Source: Pirellulales bacterium (GTDB lineage Bacteria > Planctomycetota > Planctomycetia > Pirellulales > JAEUIK01). From it: a stretch of DNA of 64,000 bases. This document shows, piece by piece, positions 6,459 to 16,036 of this stretch; the stretch's first letter is position 1, and each line of letters begins with the position of its first letter. A program made the translations under genes and the position numbers. The stretch spans positions 75,208-139,207 of the forward strand of contig JBFXAH010000011.1 in assembly GCA_050184475.1 (NCBI GenBank). Direction: 5' to 3'. A model generated the notes under the pieces. The model was given only the letters and a program-made list of their open reading frames with translations. It did not search any database and had not been told where the DNA came from.

Positions 6459-8711
6459 TCAGAATCGCTCGCCCGACCAGAGCCGCAACAACAGCGGCAG
6501 CAAGATCAGGTTGCCCAGCATGCCGCCGATCATCGACAAGCCCATCAGCACGCCGAAGTAGACGAGCGGCACGAACTGGCTGAAGATCAGGGCGCTAAAG
6601 CCGACGACCAGCGACAACGTCGAGAAGACCATCGCGCGGCCGGCGCTCTGGTGCACCAGATCGATCGCGGCGTAGACGCTGTTGCCGGCCCGCCGGGCGT
6701 CGAGGAACTCATAGATGTAGTGAATCGACGAATCGACGGCCAGGCCCATCGACACCGCGGCGATCATGGCCGCTCCCATGTTGATCCGCAGGTCGAACCA
6801 GCCCATTAGCCCCGAGACGACCATGATCGGCAGGGCGTTGGGGATCATGGCGATCACGGCCAACAGCACGCTACGGAAGGCCACGACCATCATCAGCCAG
6901 ATCGACGTCGTGGCGATCAAGAACGACACCCATTGATCGCGGATCATGCTGTCGATCAGGTTGGTGAGCAGCACGAAAAAGCCGGTGACGCGGGCCTCCT
7001 CGCCGAAGTGCTTGGCGCACACTTCGCGCACCTGCGATATGAGCAGGTTTTTCTGGGCCGACGGTTGGCGCTCGCGAGCCCGCAGCATGATTCGCAGGTA
7101 TTGCTGGCCGTCGAGCGGGTCGCGGCCGACGAGCGCCCCATAGGCGCCCGGCATCGTGCGGCGGAATTGATCGAGCAGTTCCTCGAGCGGCAGCAGGTTC
7201 TCCAGCGACAGGTTCGAACCGGCCAGCGCCGCCGTGAAGCTCTTGCGCATGGCGTCGAGCGTGTCGACCACGCTGAGCACCTTGGTCAGCCCCGGCACGG
7301 ATTCGCTTTGTTCGTTCAGCACCCGCACCGAGCTGCGGAGGTCGTCTTCCAAGGCCCCCACGCGTTGGAAAAACGCCGCGTCGACCTGGGCCGGCAGGGG
7401 GAGAAAGATATCCCACACGCCCGCTCCCCCCAGATTGCTCTCGACGAACTGGTAGCTGTGCACCACGGGACTCGACGCGCGGAAGTTCTTGGTGAAGTCG
7501 GTTTCGACCTCGAGCCAGCGATAGCCGATCAGCGAGACGCTGATGAACGCCATCGCCGTGAGCCCCACGGTGCGCGGCCGGCGTTCGAGCCAGTAGACGA
7601 TGTCGTGCAACCCGCGATCGAGGTTTTTTTCTCCCCAGGCGCGATGCGGATCGGCGTCGAACTTGCCGATCAGCGCGATGCCCGGCAGTACCAGCCCGAT
7701 GCACAGCAGCACCAGCACCGAGCCGATGGCCATCATCGCGCCGAAATCTTGCACCGGCCCGACCTTGGCCGCCAGCAGCGAGGCAAAGCCGGCGGTGTCG
7801 GTCAAACAGACCCAGATGATCGGCACGGTCAGCATGCTGCCGCAGGCCAGAAAAGCGCCGCGCGGCGTGGCCCCTTTCTCGCGCTCTTCGCGAAACTTGA
7901 CGATGACGTGCACCACGTGGGCGACACCAATCACGGTGATGATCGACCACAGCATGCTGCTGACCATGCTCAGCCGGAAATCGCCCAGCACCAACACCGC
8001 CTTGGTCAACCAGAGCGCGGCCACGACCACGGCCACCGGCGCGATCACCCACCGCAAGCTGCGAAAACAGAGGATGATCGTCACCATCAACAGGCCGGTC
8101 GAGACGCGCCCCAGCAGTTCGCCATCTTCTTCCAGCGAGCGAAAGCCTTCGCAGACCATCACCGGTTCGCCGGTGAGCACGCCGGTCGGATCGTGCTCGG
8201 CAACACGCTGCCGCAACAGGCCGACGGTCTGGGTGCGCTTGTTCGAGTCTTCTTCGGGGGCCAGCATGCAGACCACGGCCGCGGTCCGCCGATCCTTGCT
8301 CACCAGGTAGCCTTCGAAGACATCCAGCAGCGGCTGCAACTGGTCGGGCTTGTCGAGAAAATCAGCCACGAACGGAACCGCCGACAGGCTGAGCACGTTT
8401 TGCACGCCCGGCACCGCGGCCAAGGCATTGGTCAGGTCGCCCAGTCGGGCCAGCCCACCTGTCGTGAGTAACTGCGGATCGACGTAAGCGGCCAGCGCGA
8501 TCTCGTTGCCGCCAAAAGTACGTTTGAGCTGCTGATAGGGAACCAGCAGCGGATCGTCGGGGGCGAACATGTTCTCGACCGAGCGATCGAAGCCCAAGCG
8601 CCCCGCCGGCCGCACCGACATCAGCGTGGCGACGACCGCCGCGGCCAGCAGCGGCATCCGCCAGCGGATGAGCCCCGCGGTAATGCGCTCCGATATCGTC
8701 GTCAGCGGCAT
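6459..8711 (-). CDS. MMPL/RND-superfamily exporter (HpnN-like, two sterol-sensing-type TM bundles)
   Basis: ORF 6459..8957, trimmed to the ATG at 8711 (MPLTTISERITAGLIRWRMPLLAAAVV). Two repeated 6-TM modules separated by large loops (LLMVTIILCFRSLRWVIAPVAVVVAALW... and ...MMVVAFRSVLLAVIAMIPNALPIMVVSGLMGW), as in MMPL family transporters. Confidence 0.85.
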   Translation of the reverse strand: MPLTTISERITAGLIRWRMPLLAAAVVATLMSVRPAGRLGFDRSVENMFAPDDPLLVPYQQLKRTFGGNEIALAAYVDPQLLTTGGLARLGDLTNALAAVPGVQNVLSLSAVPFVADFLDKPDQLQPLLDVFEGYLVSKDRRTAAVVCMLAPEEDSNKRTQTVGLLRQRVAEHDPTGVLTGEPVMVCEGFRSLEEDGELLGRVSTGLLMVTIILCFRSLRWVIAPVAVVVAALWLTKAVLVLGDFRLSMVSSMLWSIITVIGVAHVVHVIVKFREEREKGATPRGAFLACGSMLTVPIIWVCLTDTAGFASLLAAKVGPVQDFGAMMAIGSVLVLLCIGLVLPGIALIGKFDADPHRAWGEKNLDRGLHDIVYWLERRPRTVGLTAMAFISVSLIGYRWLEVETDFTKNFRASSPVVHSYQFVESNLGGAGVWDIFLPLPAQVDAAFFQRVGALEDDLRSSVRVLNEQSESVPGLTKVLSVVDTLDAMRKSFTAALAGSNLSLENLLPLEELLDQFRRTMPGAYGALVGRDPLDGQQYLRIMLRARERQPSAQKNLLISQVREVCAKHFGEEARVTGFFVLLTNLIDSMIRDQWVSFLIATTSIWLMMVVAFRSVLLAVIAMIPNALPIMVVSGLMGWFDLRINMGAAMIAAVSMGLAVDSSIHYIYEFLDARRAGNSVYAAIDLVHQSAGRAMVFSTLSLVVGFSALIFSQFVPLVYFGVLMGLSMIGGMLGNLILLPLLLRLWSGERF

Positions 8712-8873
8712 GGGTGGCGGGTGGAAGTGGTCGAGCGGATAATCGAGACCATGGCGGCGGGCGGCCGGCATTTTACACGTACCTGCCACAGCAACCAACG
8801 CCCTGCAACATTTGGCAATCGCTTGAAGCTGGCTGCAAAATCCACTCCTGCCGCGGCCGATCGACGCCCGTCC

Positions 8874-10145
8874 ATGGCGATCGCCGCGGCGGTCGTCTTG
8901 GTTGCGGTGGCTGTCCGCGGCGTGGCGGTTTGGCGATTGGCCGATGGCCTTGCGCACGACACCGATGGTTACCGCGCGGTAGCCCGGTCGTTGGTCGAGC
9001 AGGGTGATTTGTTACGCGACGGCCAGCCGACCGCCTGGCGACCACCCCTTTATCCGTTACTGCTGGCCAAGCTGCTCTGGCTGTCCGATTGGGCAGCAGC
9101 GCCTCGTTCCGATCAGCTCTTCGTCGCGTTCGTCGGGCTGACGCAAGTCGCTTTGGGCGCGGCTACCGCGCTGTTGGTGTTGCGATTGGGCTGGCGGCTC
9201 GGGCTCGGCCGCTGGTCGCTGTTGGCCGCGGCGCTGGTGATCTGCGATCCGCTGCTGGTCTATCAGTCGGCCCAGTTGATGACCGAAACCCTGGCGACGT
9301 TCCTGGCCGTGTGTGCCTGGTCGCTCCTGGTGGCCGAAAAACGATCAGCGCTTCGTGCCATCGCTTCGGGTGTGGTTTTCGGATTGGCCACTTTGTGCCG
9401 GCCGACGTTTCTGCTGTGGGCCGTGTTGCTGTTGATTTGGTTCGCCTGGCGGGCGCTTCGCCAGCGGACGTGGCGGAACCCCGCGCTGGCGACTATCGCT
9501 TTCTTGTTGACGATCGCGCCCTGGGGAGCGCGTAACTGGATCGAGCTGGGGCGACCGATCGTCACCACCACGCATGGCGGTTACACATTGCTGTTGGCGA
9601 ACAACCCCGGCTTCTATCGCTTTGTGCGCGAAGGCGAGTGGGGAACATTTTGGGACTCGCGCGACTTTGTCGCCGAGTGGCTCGCCCACAAGCGCGCGGC
9701 GGCGATCGACAACGAAATCGACGAAGACCGCCTGGCCCGGCGATTGGCGATCGACACCATGCAGGCGGACCCGGCCGGCTTCGCCCGGGCGACCGTCGTG
9801 CGGTTGGGAAGATTCTGGAGCATCGCGCCGCACGCCGCCGCGCATGGTTCGCGTTTGGAGAGTGCCAGCATCCGCTGGTCGATCGCCCTCTGGTATGTTG
9901 CCGAGTTTGCGTTGGCCTTCGTTGGTTTGGCCGCCGTGGCAACGAGCCCCAAGCGGGCAAGCTGGCTGGTCGGGGTGCTTCTGATCGTGGCGCTTTCGGC
10001 AGTTCACAGCGTTTACTGGAGCGACCTGCGGATGCGAGCCCCCGCGATGCCGGTCGTCGCACTGCTGGCGGCCGCTGGCGCCAGCCGCTTGCGCCGCGTC
10101 GCCAGCGACGGGCCGCTAGCGGGCGCAAGTGACCCTGAAAGTTGA
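8874..10145 (+). CDS. glycosyltransferase family 39 (ArnT/PMT-like) membrane protein
   Basis: ORF 8721..10145, trimmed to the ATG at 8874. HDTDGYRAVARSLVEQGDL...WRPPLYPLLLAKLL plus a polytopic body are typical of GT39/ArnT-like enzymes. Divergent from the MMPL gene. Confidence 0.8.
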   Translation: MAIAAAVVLVAVAVRGVAVWRLADGLAHDTDGYRAVARSLVEQGDLLRDGQPTAWRPPLYPLLLAKLLWLSDWAAAPRSDQLFVAFVGLTQVALGAATALLVLRLGWRLGLGRWSLLAAALVICDPLLVYQSAQLMTETLATFLAVCAWSLLVAEKRSALRAIASGVVFGLATLCRPTFLLWAVLLLIWFAWRALRQRTWRNPALATIAFLLTIAPWGARNWIELGRPIVTTTHGGYTLLLANNPGFYRFVREGEWGTFWDSRDFVAEWLAHKRAAAIDNEIDEDRLARRLAIDTMQADPAGFARATVVRLGRFWSIAPHAAAHGSRLESASIRWSIALWYVAEFALAFVGLAAVATSPKRASWLVGVLLIVALSAVHSVYWSDLRMRAPAMPVVALLAAAGASRLRRVASDGPLAGASDPES

Positions 10146-10178
10146 ACTTGAAGCCTGCCGGGCCGGGTCGAACCTGCC

Positions 10179-10208
10179 TTGACCCTGGCGGCGCGGCGTT
10201 CCTATAAT
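10179..10208 (+). promoter_or_regulatory. sigma70-type promoter candidate TTGACC-N18-TATAAT upstream of the LptD-like gene
   Basis: TTGACC at 10179..10184 and a perfect TATAAT at 10203..10208. A perfect -10 with a 5/6 -35 is rare in this GC-rich sequence. Confidence 0.45.
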
Positions 10209-10341
10209 CCGCCCCCGCGCGGGGTTCGGTTTTCATGTCTTAAAGGTCTTATCCCCTTCGCGTTGCGACGACGCCGTCAGCGTCTCGTCACGCTCTTCTC
10301 CGCGCGACCGAAGGAACGTCAAACTGCTGAGCTTCTGGTCG

Positions 10342-13300
10342 GTGCTGCCGATGCACGCGCTGCCGCGCGCACGTTGCGCGAACGGTCGCCGTGCGCCTTC
10401 GCGCGCGACGCGCGACATCGGTTTGCTCCGCTGGGCGCTGACGTTCGTCGCGCTGGCTGTCGGTTTCGCGCTCTTCGCTCCCCGAGCGCGCGGCGACGTG
10501 CTGTTGCCCACGCCCGACGCCCGCGAACCGTTGTCGATCACCGCGCGCGCCGCTCAGCGCTGGGTGCAAGGCGCCTACGACGTGTGGGTTCTCTCGGGCG
10601 ATTGCGAGCTCCGGCAAGGCCAGACCGTGGCGAAGTCCGAGGAAGCCGTGCTCTGGATTTCGCAAGACGAGGGACCGATCGGTCAGCGCATCAGCCGCGT
10701 CATCACCTACCTCGAAGGGAACGTGGCGATCGAGTTCGTCGACGCCGAAGGTCACGCCGAGGTGAAGTCGGCCAGTTGGCTCGGCGAGTTCGTTTCGACG
10801 CGCACGTTGCGCTTCGACACGCCGCCGCCGCGCGTCGAGCCCGAGCAGAAGCCGCCGGTCTATCTCCGCGGTTACAACCGGCGCACGCCCAAGCCGTGGG
10901 CGAGCATCCGCCAGGCGCAATTCAATCAGCCGCCGGCCGCCAACCCGCCGGTGCCGGTAACGGGACCACTCCCCGGCGATCTCCCCGGGACGGACGATGT
11001 CGTGACGCCGCCCATTGGCGACGCCGTCGTGCCGGCCCCCGGCCCAGTGGGCGTCGGTCCCGAGGCGGCTGCCCCGGCCCCGGCTGGCGGTCCGCCGGCG
11101 ACGCCGCGCCGCGTGCGCGTCGCGCCGCGCAGCACCGTGCCGATGCGCATCAAGTGGTTCCCCAGCAGCACCGGCACCGAGTGGATCGGCACCATCGATA
11201 ACGGCGTGCGGGTCCTCATCGACGGACTCCCCGGCGTGGGCGTGCTCGATATCGCGGCCGATCGCGTCGTCGTCTGGACCGCCGGAGCGGCCGAACCCAA
11301 CTTGCTCGTCGAGACGCTGCAGTCCGACGACGTGCCGCTGGAACTCTACGTCGAAGGGAACATCGTCTTCCGCGAAGGGGACCGCGTCGTCTACGCCGAT
11401 CGCATGTACTACAACGTGGCCAACGAGCACGGCGTGGTCATCAAGGCCGAGATGCTAACCCCCGTGCCCGAATACGCCGGCATGCTCAAGCTCAAGTCGG
11501 AGATTCTGCGGATCACCGGGCGCGATCGCTTCGTCGCCCAGCAGAGCTACCTGACCTCGAGCCGGCTGGCTTCGCCCGGCTATCGCTTGCAGGCGGGCGA
11601 GATCTTTGTCGAAGACTTGCAGCGACCGCTGGTCGATCCGGCGAGCGGCGCCGTGCTGCTCAACCCCGAAACGGGCGAGCCGTTAGTCGATCATCAGCGG
11701 CTGGCGACGAGCCGCAACAACCTCGCCTTCCTGGGACCGGTGCCGGTCTTTTACTGGCCGACCTTGGCCACGGACTTGACCGAGCCGAGCTTCTATCTGC
11801 GGCGGCTGTTGTTCCGCAACGACCGCATCTTCGGCACGCAGATTCTCACCAGCTTCGACGCCTATCAGATGCTCGGCATCCGCAACAAGCCGGAGGGGAC
11901 CGACTGGGTGCTCAACGGCGACTACTTCAGCGAGCGCGGTCCGGCCGGCGGCACCGGGTTCTCGTACAGCCGCCAGAACCTGTTCGGACTCGAAGGGCCG
12001 GCGTCGGGCTTGCTGGACGCCTGGGGCATCTACGACACCGGACTCGACAACCTCGGTCTCGATCGCCGCGCGCTGACCTTCCCGCATCCCACGCGCGGAA
12101 GAGCCCTGTTTCGGCATCGGCAACTGTTGCCGGGCGACTGGCAGCTCACCGGTCAAGCCGGCTACATCAGCGACTTCAACTTCCTCGAACAGTACTACGA
12201 AAAGGAATGGGACGAATTCAAGGACGAGTCGACCGGCATCGAGCTCAAGCGGCTGCGCAACAACCGCTCGCTGAACTTCGAAGCCGACGTGCGGCTCAAC
12301 CCCTTCTTCACCGAGCCTAACTGGCTACCCAAGGCCGACCACTATTGGCTGGGGCAGCCGCTGCTGGGCGACTGGCTCACCTGGTACGAGCATACGAGCC
12401 TCGCTTACGGGCAGTTGCGCATCTCGGCGCCACCGCCCGACGCCACGGACCTTGCGCAGTGGCACTTGCTCCCCTGGGAAGAGCCGCGCCGCGGGGAGCG
12501 CTTGATCACCCGGCAGGAAATCGACCTGCCGCTGAACTTGGGCCCCGTGAAGGTCGTTCCCTACGGCCTGGGCGAAGCCGGCCACTGGGGTGCCGCGCTC
12601 GATGAGTCGAACTTCAACCGGCTCTACGGCCAGGCCGGCGTGCGCGCCGCGCTGCCGTTCTGGAACACCAACCCCAACGCCGAGAGCTCGTTGTTCAACG
12701 TGCACGGATTGGCGCACAAGGCGGTGCTGGAAACCGACTTCTCCTGGGCCGACAGCACCCAGGACGTGACCGACCTCCCCCTTTACGAGCGGATCGACGA
12801 CAACAACATCTTGCTGTTCCGCCGCCGCTTCATCGATACCACGTTCGGCATTCCGCCGGCCATGGTCAACGAAGCGTCGCCGTTCTTCATTCCGCCGCAG
12901 TTCGACGAACGGCTCTACGGCGTGCGCTATGGGCTGGGGAGCCACGTCACCAGCCCCAGCATGGAAATCGTCGATACCATCGCGGCCGGCCGCCTCGGCC
13001 TGCACCAGCGATTGCAAACCAAGCGCGGCTTGCCCGGGCAACGGCGGATTATCGACTGGATGTTGCTGGACACCGACGTCGTCTGGTTCCCCAATCCTGG
13101 GCGTGACAACTTCGGCGAGCCCTTCGGTCTGTTGAACTACGACTGGCGCTGGAACATCGGCGACCGCTTCAGCCTGGTCTCCGACGGCATCTACGACTTC
13201 TTCACCCAAGGGCAGCAGGTGACCTCGATCGGCGGCTTCCTGACCCGTCCGCCGCGCGGCAACCTGTACGTCGGCCTGCGGATTCTGCGCGGGCCGAACG

Positions 13301-13596
13301 TGCCGGGCGCGTTGCAGGCCTTCGACGCCGACGTGCTCACCGCCTCGTACAGCTACCTGCTAAGCCCCAAGTGGATCTCGGCCGCCGGCACCTCGGTCGA
13401 CCTGCGCGGCCGCAACATCGGCCAGAACTTCACGATCACGCGGGTCGGTGAGTCGTTCTTGATGAGCCTGGGCCTGATCGTCGACGCCAGCAAGAACAAC
13501 GTGGGGGCGACCTTCATGATCGAGCCACGGTTCTTGCCGACCAGCCGTGCCCGCGGCATGCGCGTACCCGTGGCCGGCGCCTTTGGACTCGAGTAG
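10342..13596 (+). CDS. LptD/OstA-like large outer-membrane protein
   Basis: ORF 10342..13596 (1084 aa). Has a signal peptide and an OstA-N-like beta-jellyroll region (AQRWVQGAYDVWVLSGDCELRQGQTVAKSEEAVLW...YLEGNVAIEF; LELYVEGNIVFREGDRVVYADRMYYNVANEHGVV). The long C-terminal region is rich in aromatic/Gly beta-strand patterns. Assignment is by motif resemblance only. Confidence 0.55.
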   Translation: MLPMHALPRARCANGRRAPSRATRDIGLLRWALTFVALAVGFALFAPRARGDVLLPTPDAREPLSITARAAQRWVQGAYDVWVLSGDCELRQGQTVAKSEEAVLWISQDEGPIGQRISRVITYLEGNVAIEFVDAEGHAEVKSASWLGEFVSTRTLRFDTPPPRVEPEQKPPVYLRGYNRRTPKPWASIRQAQFNQPPAANPPVPVTGPLPGDLPGTDDVVTPPIGDAVVPAPGPVGVGPEAAAPAPAGGPPATPRRVRVAPRSTVPMRIKWFPSSTGTEWIGTIDNGVRVLIDGLPGVGVLDIAADRVVVWTAGAAEPNLLVETLQSDDVPLELYVEGNIVFREGDRVVYADRMYYNVANEHGVVIKAEMLTPVPEYAGMLKLKSEILRITGRDRFVAQQSYLTSSRLASPGYRLQAGEIFVEDLQRPLVDPASGAVLLNPETGEPLVDHQRLATSRNNLAFLGPVPVFYWPTLATDLTEPSFYLRRLLFRNDRIFGTQILTSFDAYQMLGIRNKPEGTDWVLNGDYFSERGPAGGTGFSYSRQNLFGLEGPASGLLDAWGIYDTGLDNLGLDRRALTFPHPTRGRALFRHRQLLPGDWQLTGQAGYISDFNFLEQYYEKEWDEFKDESTGIELKRLRNNRSLNFEADVRLNPFFTEPNWLPKADHYWLGQPLLGDWLTWYEHTSLAYGQLRISAPPPDATDLAQWHLLPWEEPRRGERLITRQEIDLPLNLGPVKVVPYGLGEAGHWGAALDESNFNRLYGQAGVRAALPFWNTNPNAESSLFNVHGLAHKAVLETDFSWADSTQDVTDLPLYERIDDNNILLFRRRFIDTTFGIPPAMVNEASPFFIPPQFDERLYGVRYGLGSHVTSPSMEIVDTIAAGRLGLHQRLQTKRGLPGQRRIIDWMLLDTDVVWFPNPGRDNFGEPFGLLNYDWRWNIGDRFSLVSDGIYDFFTQGQQVTSIGGFLTRPPRGNLYVGLRILRGPNVPGALQAFDADVLTASYSYLLSPKWISAAGTSVDLRGRNIGQNFTITRVGESFLMSLGLIVDASKNNVGATFMIEPRFLPTSRARGMRVPVAGAFGLE

Positions 13597-13674
13597 AGTC
13601 GAGTTCGCGCGGAATTCCGTTTTCTGGTGGCCCGGGGTGGCCACTATCGGCCTGCATAATGTGAGCTCGTCGCC

Positions 13675-14076
13675 ATGACGCACTGGTCGCCGCAACCGCT
13701 GTCGGGTCCCCGTTACTGGGTGCGCAAGTTCCGCCATGCCTTCCGCGGCGTGCGGCAGGGAGTGCGCGACCAGAGCAGTTTTGCCGTGCATTTGTTCGCG
13801 GCGCTGGCGGTCGTCGTGGCCGGCCTGGTGCTGCGCGTCGAACGGCTCGAATGGTGCCTGCTGCTGTTGTGCGTCACGGCGGTGCTCGTGGCCGAGCTGT
13901 TCAATACGTCGTTGGAGCTGATTTGTCAGGCGATCACCCGCGACTTCGACGAGCGGCTGCGCGACGCGTTGGATATCGCCAGCGCGGCGGTGCTGCTAGT
14001 CGCCCTGGGGGCAGTTGCGGTCGGCGTGCTCGTGTTCGGCGTGCGGCTGGCAGCGCTGTTTGGCGCCGGTGGCTAG
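13675..14076 (+). CDS. dgkA: diacylglycerol kinase (prokaryotic DAGK family)
   Basis: 133 aa, 3 TM. RKFRHAFRGVRQGVRDQSSFAVHL...VLVAELFNTSLE...DIASAAVLL matches the DgkA pattern (E-x-x-N-T-A/S-x-E). Confidence 0.85.
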   Translation: MTHWSPQPLSGPRYWVRKFRHAFRGVRQGVRDQSSFAVHLFAALAVVVAGLVLRVERLEWCLLLLCVTAVLVAELFNTSLELICQAITRDFDERLRDALDIASAAVLLVALGAVAVGVLVFGVRLAALFGAGG

Positions 14077-14132
14077 AGCGGTTCGATCCTGCCTCTTTTC
14101 GGCGGCGACGCGGCCAGACTACACTCGCAGTC

Positions 14133-15539
14133 ATGGCATCTCCGCGCAGTCCGCTGGCCGAACTTGGGCGACTGCTCGCCTCCGTGGCCGCACCGGTGTA
14201 CGTGGTCGACGCGCGGCGGCGGATCATCTTCGCCAACGAAGCCTTGGCCGCTTGGACCGGCGCGCCGGTCGAGCAGATCGTCGGCCGCGTCTGCTATTTC
14301 TGCGCCGACTCCGATTCGCCCCCGCGCGAAGCTTTGGCCGCCGCGCTCTGTCCACCGCCGGCCGTTCTCGACGGAGCTCGCGCCAACGTGCAGTTGCACG
14401 TCGGCACGGCAGCCGGGGCGTCGGCCCGCTGGTGTCAGTTCGTGCCGCTGCGCGGTGCCGACGGGCAATTCGAGGCCGCCCTCGCGCTGGTCGATCCGTG
14501 GGAAGCCGATCCAGTGGCGAGAGGCAGTTTCAAAACCGGCATTGAAACGGTGTCGGCTGCCGATCCCGACTCGGCCGTGGCGCTGCACGATTGGTTGGCG
14601 AAGTTTCAGGCCGCGCAGCGGCGCCGCTATCGACTGGCCAGCCTGGCCGGCGACTCCCCGGCGCTGCGCCGCGTCCGTGCGCAACTCGAATTGGCCGCCG
14701 CCAGCCGCGCGCATGTCTTGCTGCTCGGCCCCGCGGGGAGCGGTCGTGGACACGCCGCCCGCGTGATCTTTCAACAGGGGCGCGGCGACGCGCTCGAGCC
14801 GACCGCCACATTGCCCTGCCGATCGCTCAGTGCCGAGTTGCTGCGGGCCACCTGGGCCTCGCTGGCCGCGTCGCTAGTGCATGCCCAGCCGGCGCGGGCG
14901 ACCCTCATGCTGTTGGATCTCGAACAACTGCCGAGCGAAGCACAGGGAGAACTCGCATCGCGAATGGCAGAAGCCCCCGCGTCGATCCGCATCTTGGCGA
15001 CTTCGTCCGTGGGGCTGGAGGCCTTGGCGGCCCGCGCCGAGTATCGGCCCGATGTCGCGGCGGCCGTCAGCACGCTGGTGATCGAGTTGCCGGCGCTCGT
15101 CGATCGGCTGGTCGATCTGCCGCTGTTGACCCAATCGCTCGTCGAACAAGCCAATGCCGACGGCGACAAGCAGTTGGCCGGCGTCGCTGGGGAAGTGCTC
15201 GATCGCTTGGCGCTCTACACCTGGCCGGGCAACGTCGGGCAACTGACCGAAGTGGTGCGCGAAGCTCATCGCGCGGCCGCTGGCCCACTCGTTCAATTGC
15301 GCGATTTGCCACGTTGGATTCGCCTGGCGACCGAAGCCCAGCCCCAGGCGGCGTCCCGCAGCGAGCCGCCCATCGTGCTCGACGATTTTCTGCGGCGAAT
15401 CGAGCGCGAGCTGATCGAGCGGGCACTGCGGCAGGCCAAGGGGAACAAATCTCGCGCCGCCAAACTGCTGGGAACCACCCGCCCCCGCTTGTACCGCCGC
15501 ATGGTCCAGGTAGGCTTACTCACAGAAAGCCCGCCGTGA
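14133..15539 (+). CDS. sigma54-EBP-like transcriptional regulator (PAS-like + degenerate AAA+ + Fis-type HTH)
   Basis: ORF trimmed to the ATG at 14133. The central domain aligns to the sigma54-interaction domain (SPALRRVRAQLELAAASRAHVLLLGPAGSGRGHAA...ALYTWPGNVGQLTEVV). C-terminal HTH GNKSRAAKLLGTTRPRLYRRM. Confidence 0.75.
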   Translation: MASPRSPLAELGRLLASVAAPVYVVDARRRIIFANEALAAWTGAPVEQIVGRVCYFCADSDSPPREALAAALCPPPAVLDGARANVQLHVGTAAGASARWCQFVPLRGADGQFEAALALVDPWEADPVARGSFKTGIETVSAADPDSAVALHDWLAKFQAAQRRRYRLASLAGDSPALRRVRAQLELAAASRAHVLLLGPAGSGRGHAARVIFQQGRGDALEPTATLPCRSLSAELLRATWASLAASLVHAQPARATLMLLDLEQLPSEAQGELASRMAEAPASIRILATSSVGLEALAARAEYRPDVAAAVSTLVIELPALVDRLVDLPLLTQSLVEQANADGDKQLAGVAGEVLDRLALYTWPGNVGQLTEVVREAHRAAAGPLVQLRDLPRWIRLATEAQPQAASRSEPPIVLDDFLRRIERELIERALRQAKGNKSRAAKLLGTTRPRLYRRMVQVGLLTESPP

Positions 15540-16036
15540 CCCCCACCCTGATCGTGTGCGAACCGACCGATCGCTGGCGGCTGGCCTGGCAGACCTGGCA
15601 GCGGCGACGGCTGCAGTTGCGGGCGAGGGGGAGCAGCGCGGTTCGAGCGGCGCCCGCCACCTTGCGTTCGGTCCGGCGACTCGACGAATTGCCCTCGGCG
15701 ATCGAGCGTTGGCGAGCTGCCGGCGTGCTGCTGGAAGTCGCGGGGGGGAATCGAGTTTCGGTTTGCGAGTGCCTGATCCGCCTGGCACGCGGCTGGCCGA
15801 GTCCGCTGCTGCTGGTGGCCGGCGACCGTGCGGCGCGAGGGGCCGAGGCCACGCTGCGCTGGGCCGGCGCCGCGGCGTGCGCTTGGTCGGTCCGCGAATT
15901 GCAACCGTTGGTCGACTGGTTCGAGGACGATTGCCAGCGGCTCGAGGCCCCGCCCAGCAATTGGGAAGAACAAATCCGCGCGACGCTGCCCTGGAGCGGC
16001 ACGTCGGGCCTGACGAAGATCGAGGAACAGCCCTGA
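15536..16036 (+). CDS. hypothetical protein (166 aa), translationally coupled on both sides
   Basis: The GTG at 15536 overlaps the regulator stop (GTGA). Its own stop overlaps the mrp ATG (ATGA at 16034..16038). No recognisable motif. Confidence 0.45.
   Translation: MTPTLIVCEPTDRWRLAWQTWQRRRLQLRARGSSAVRAAPATLRSVRRLDELPSAIERWRAAGVLLEVAGGNRVSVCECLIRLARGWPSPLLLVAGDRAARGAEATLRWAGAAACAWSVRELQPLVDWFEDDCQRLEAPPSNWEEQIRATLPWSGTSGLTKIEEQP

Noticed and set aside
6871-8471. 393-aa (minus, alternative frame) and 512-aa (plus) ORFs overlapping the MMPL transporter gene.
   Set aside because: This is the same high-GC artefact. Only the 6459..8711 frame gives TM-helix periodicity and MMPL-like sequence.
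13851-14132. A 94-codon upstream extension of the EBP-like regulator ORF, overlapping dgkA.
   Set aside because: It overlaps the well-supported dgkA gene in another frame and translates to an Arg/Gly/Ala-rich string. The ATG at 14133 gives a sensible N-terminus (MASPRSPLAELGRLLASVAAPVYVVD).
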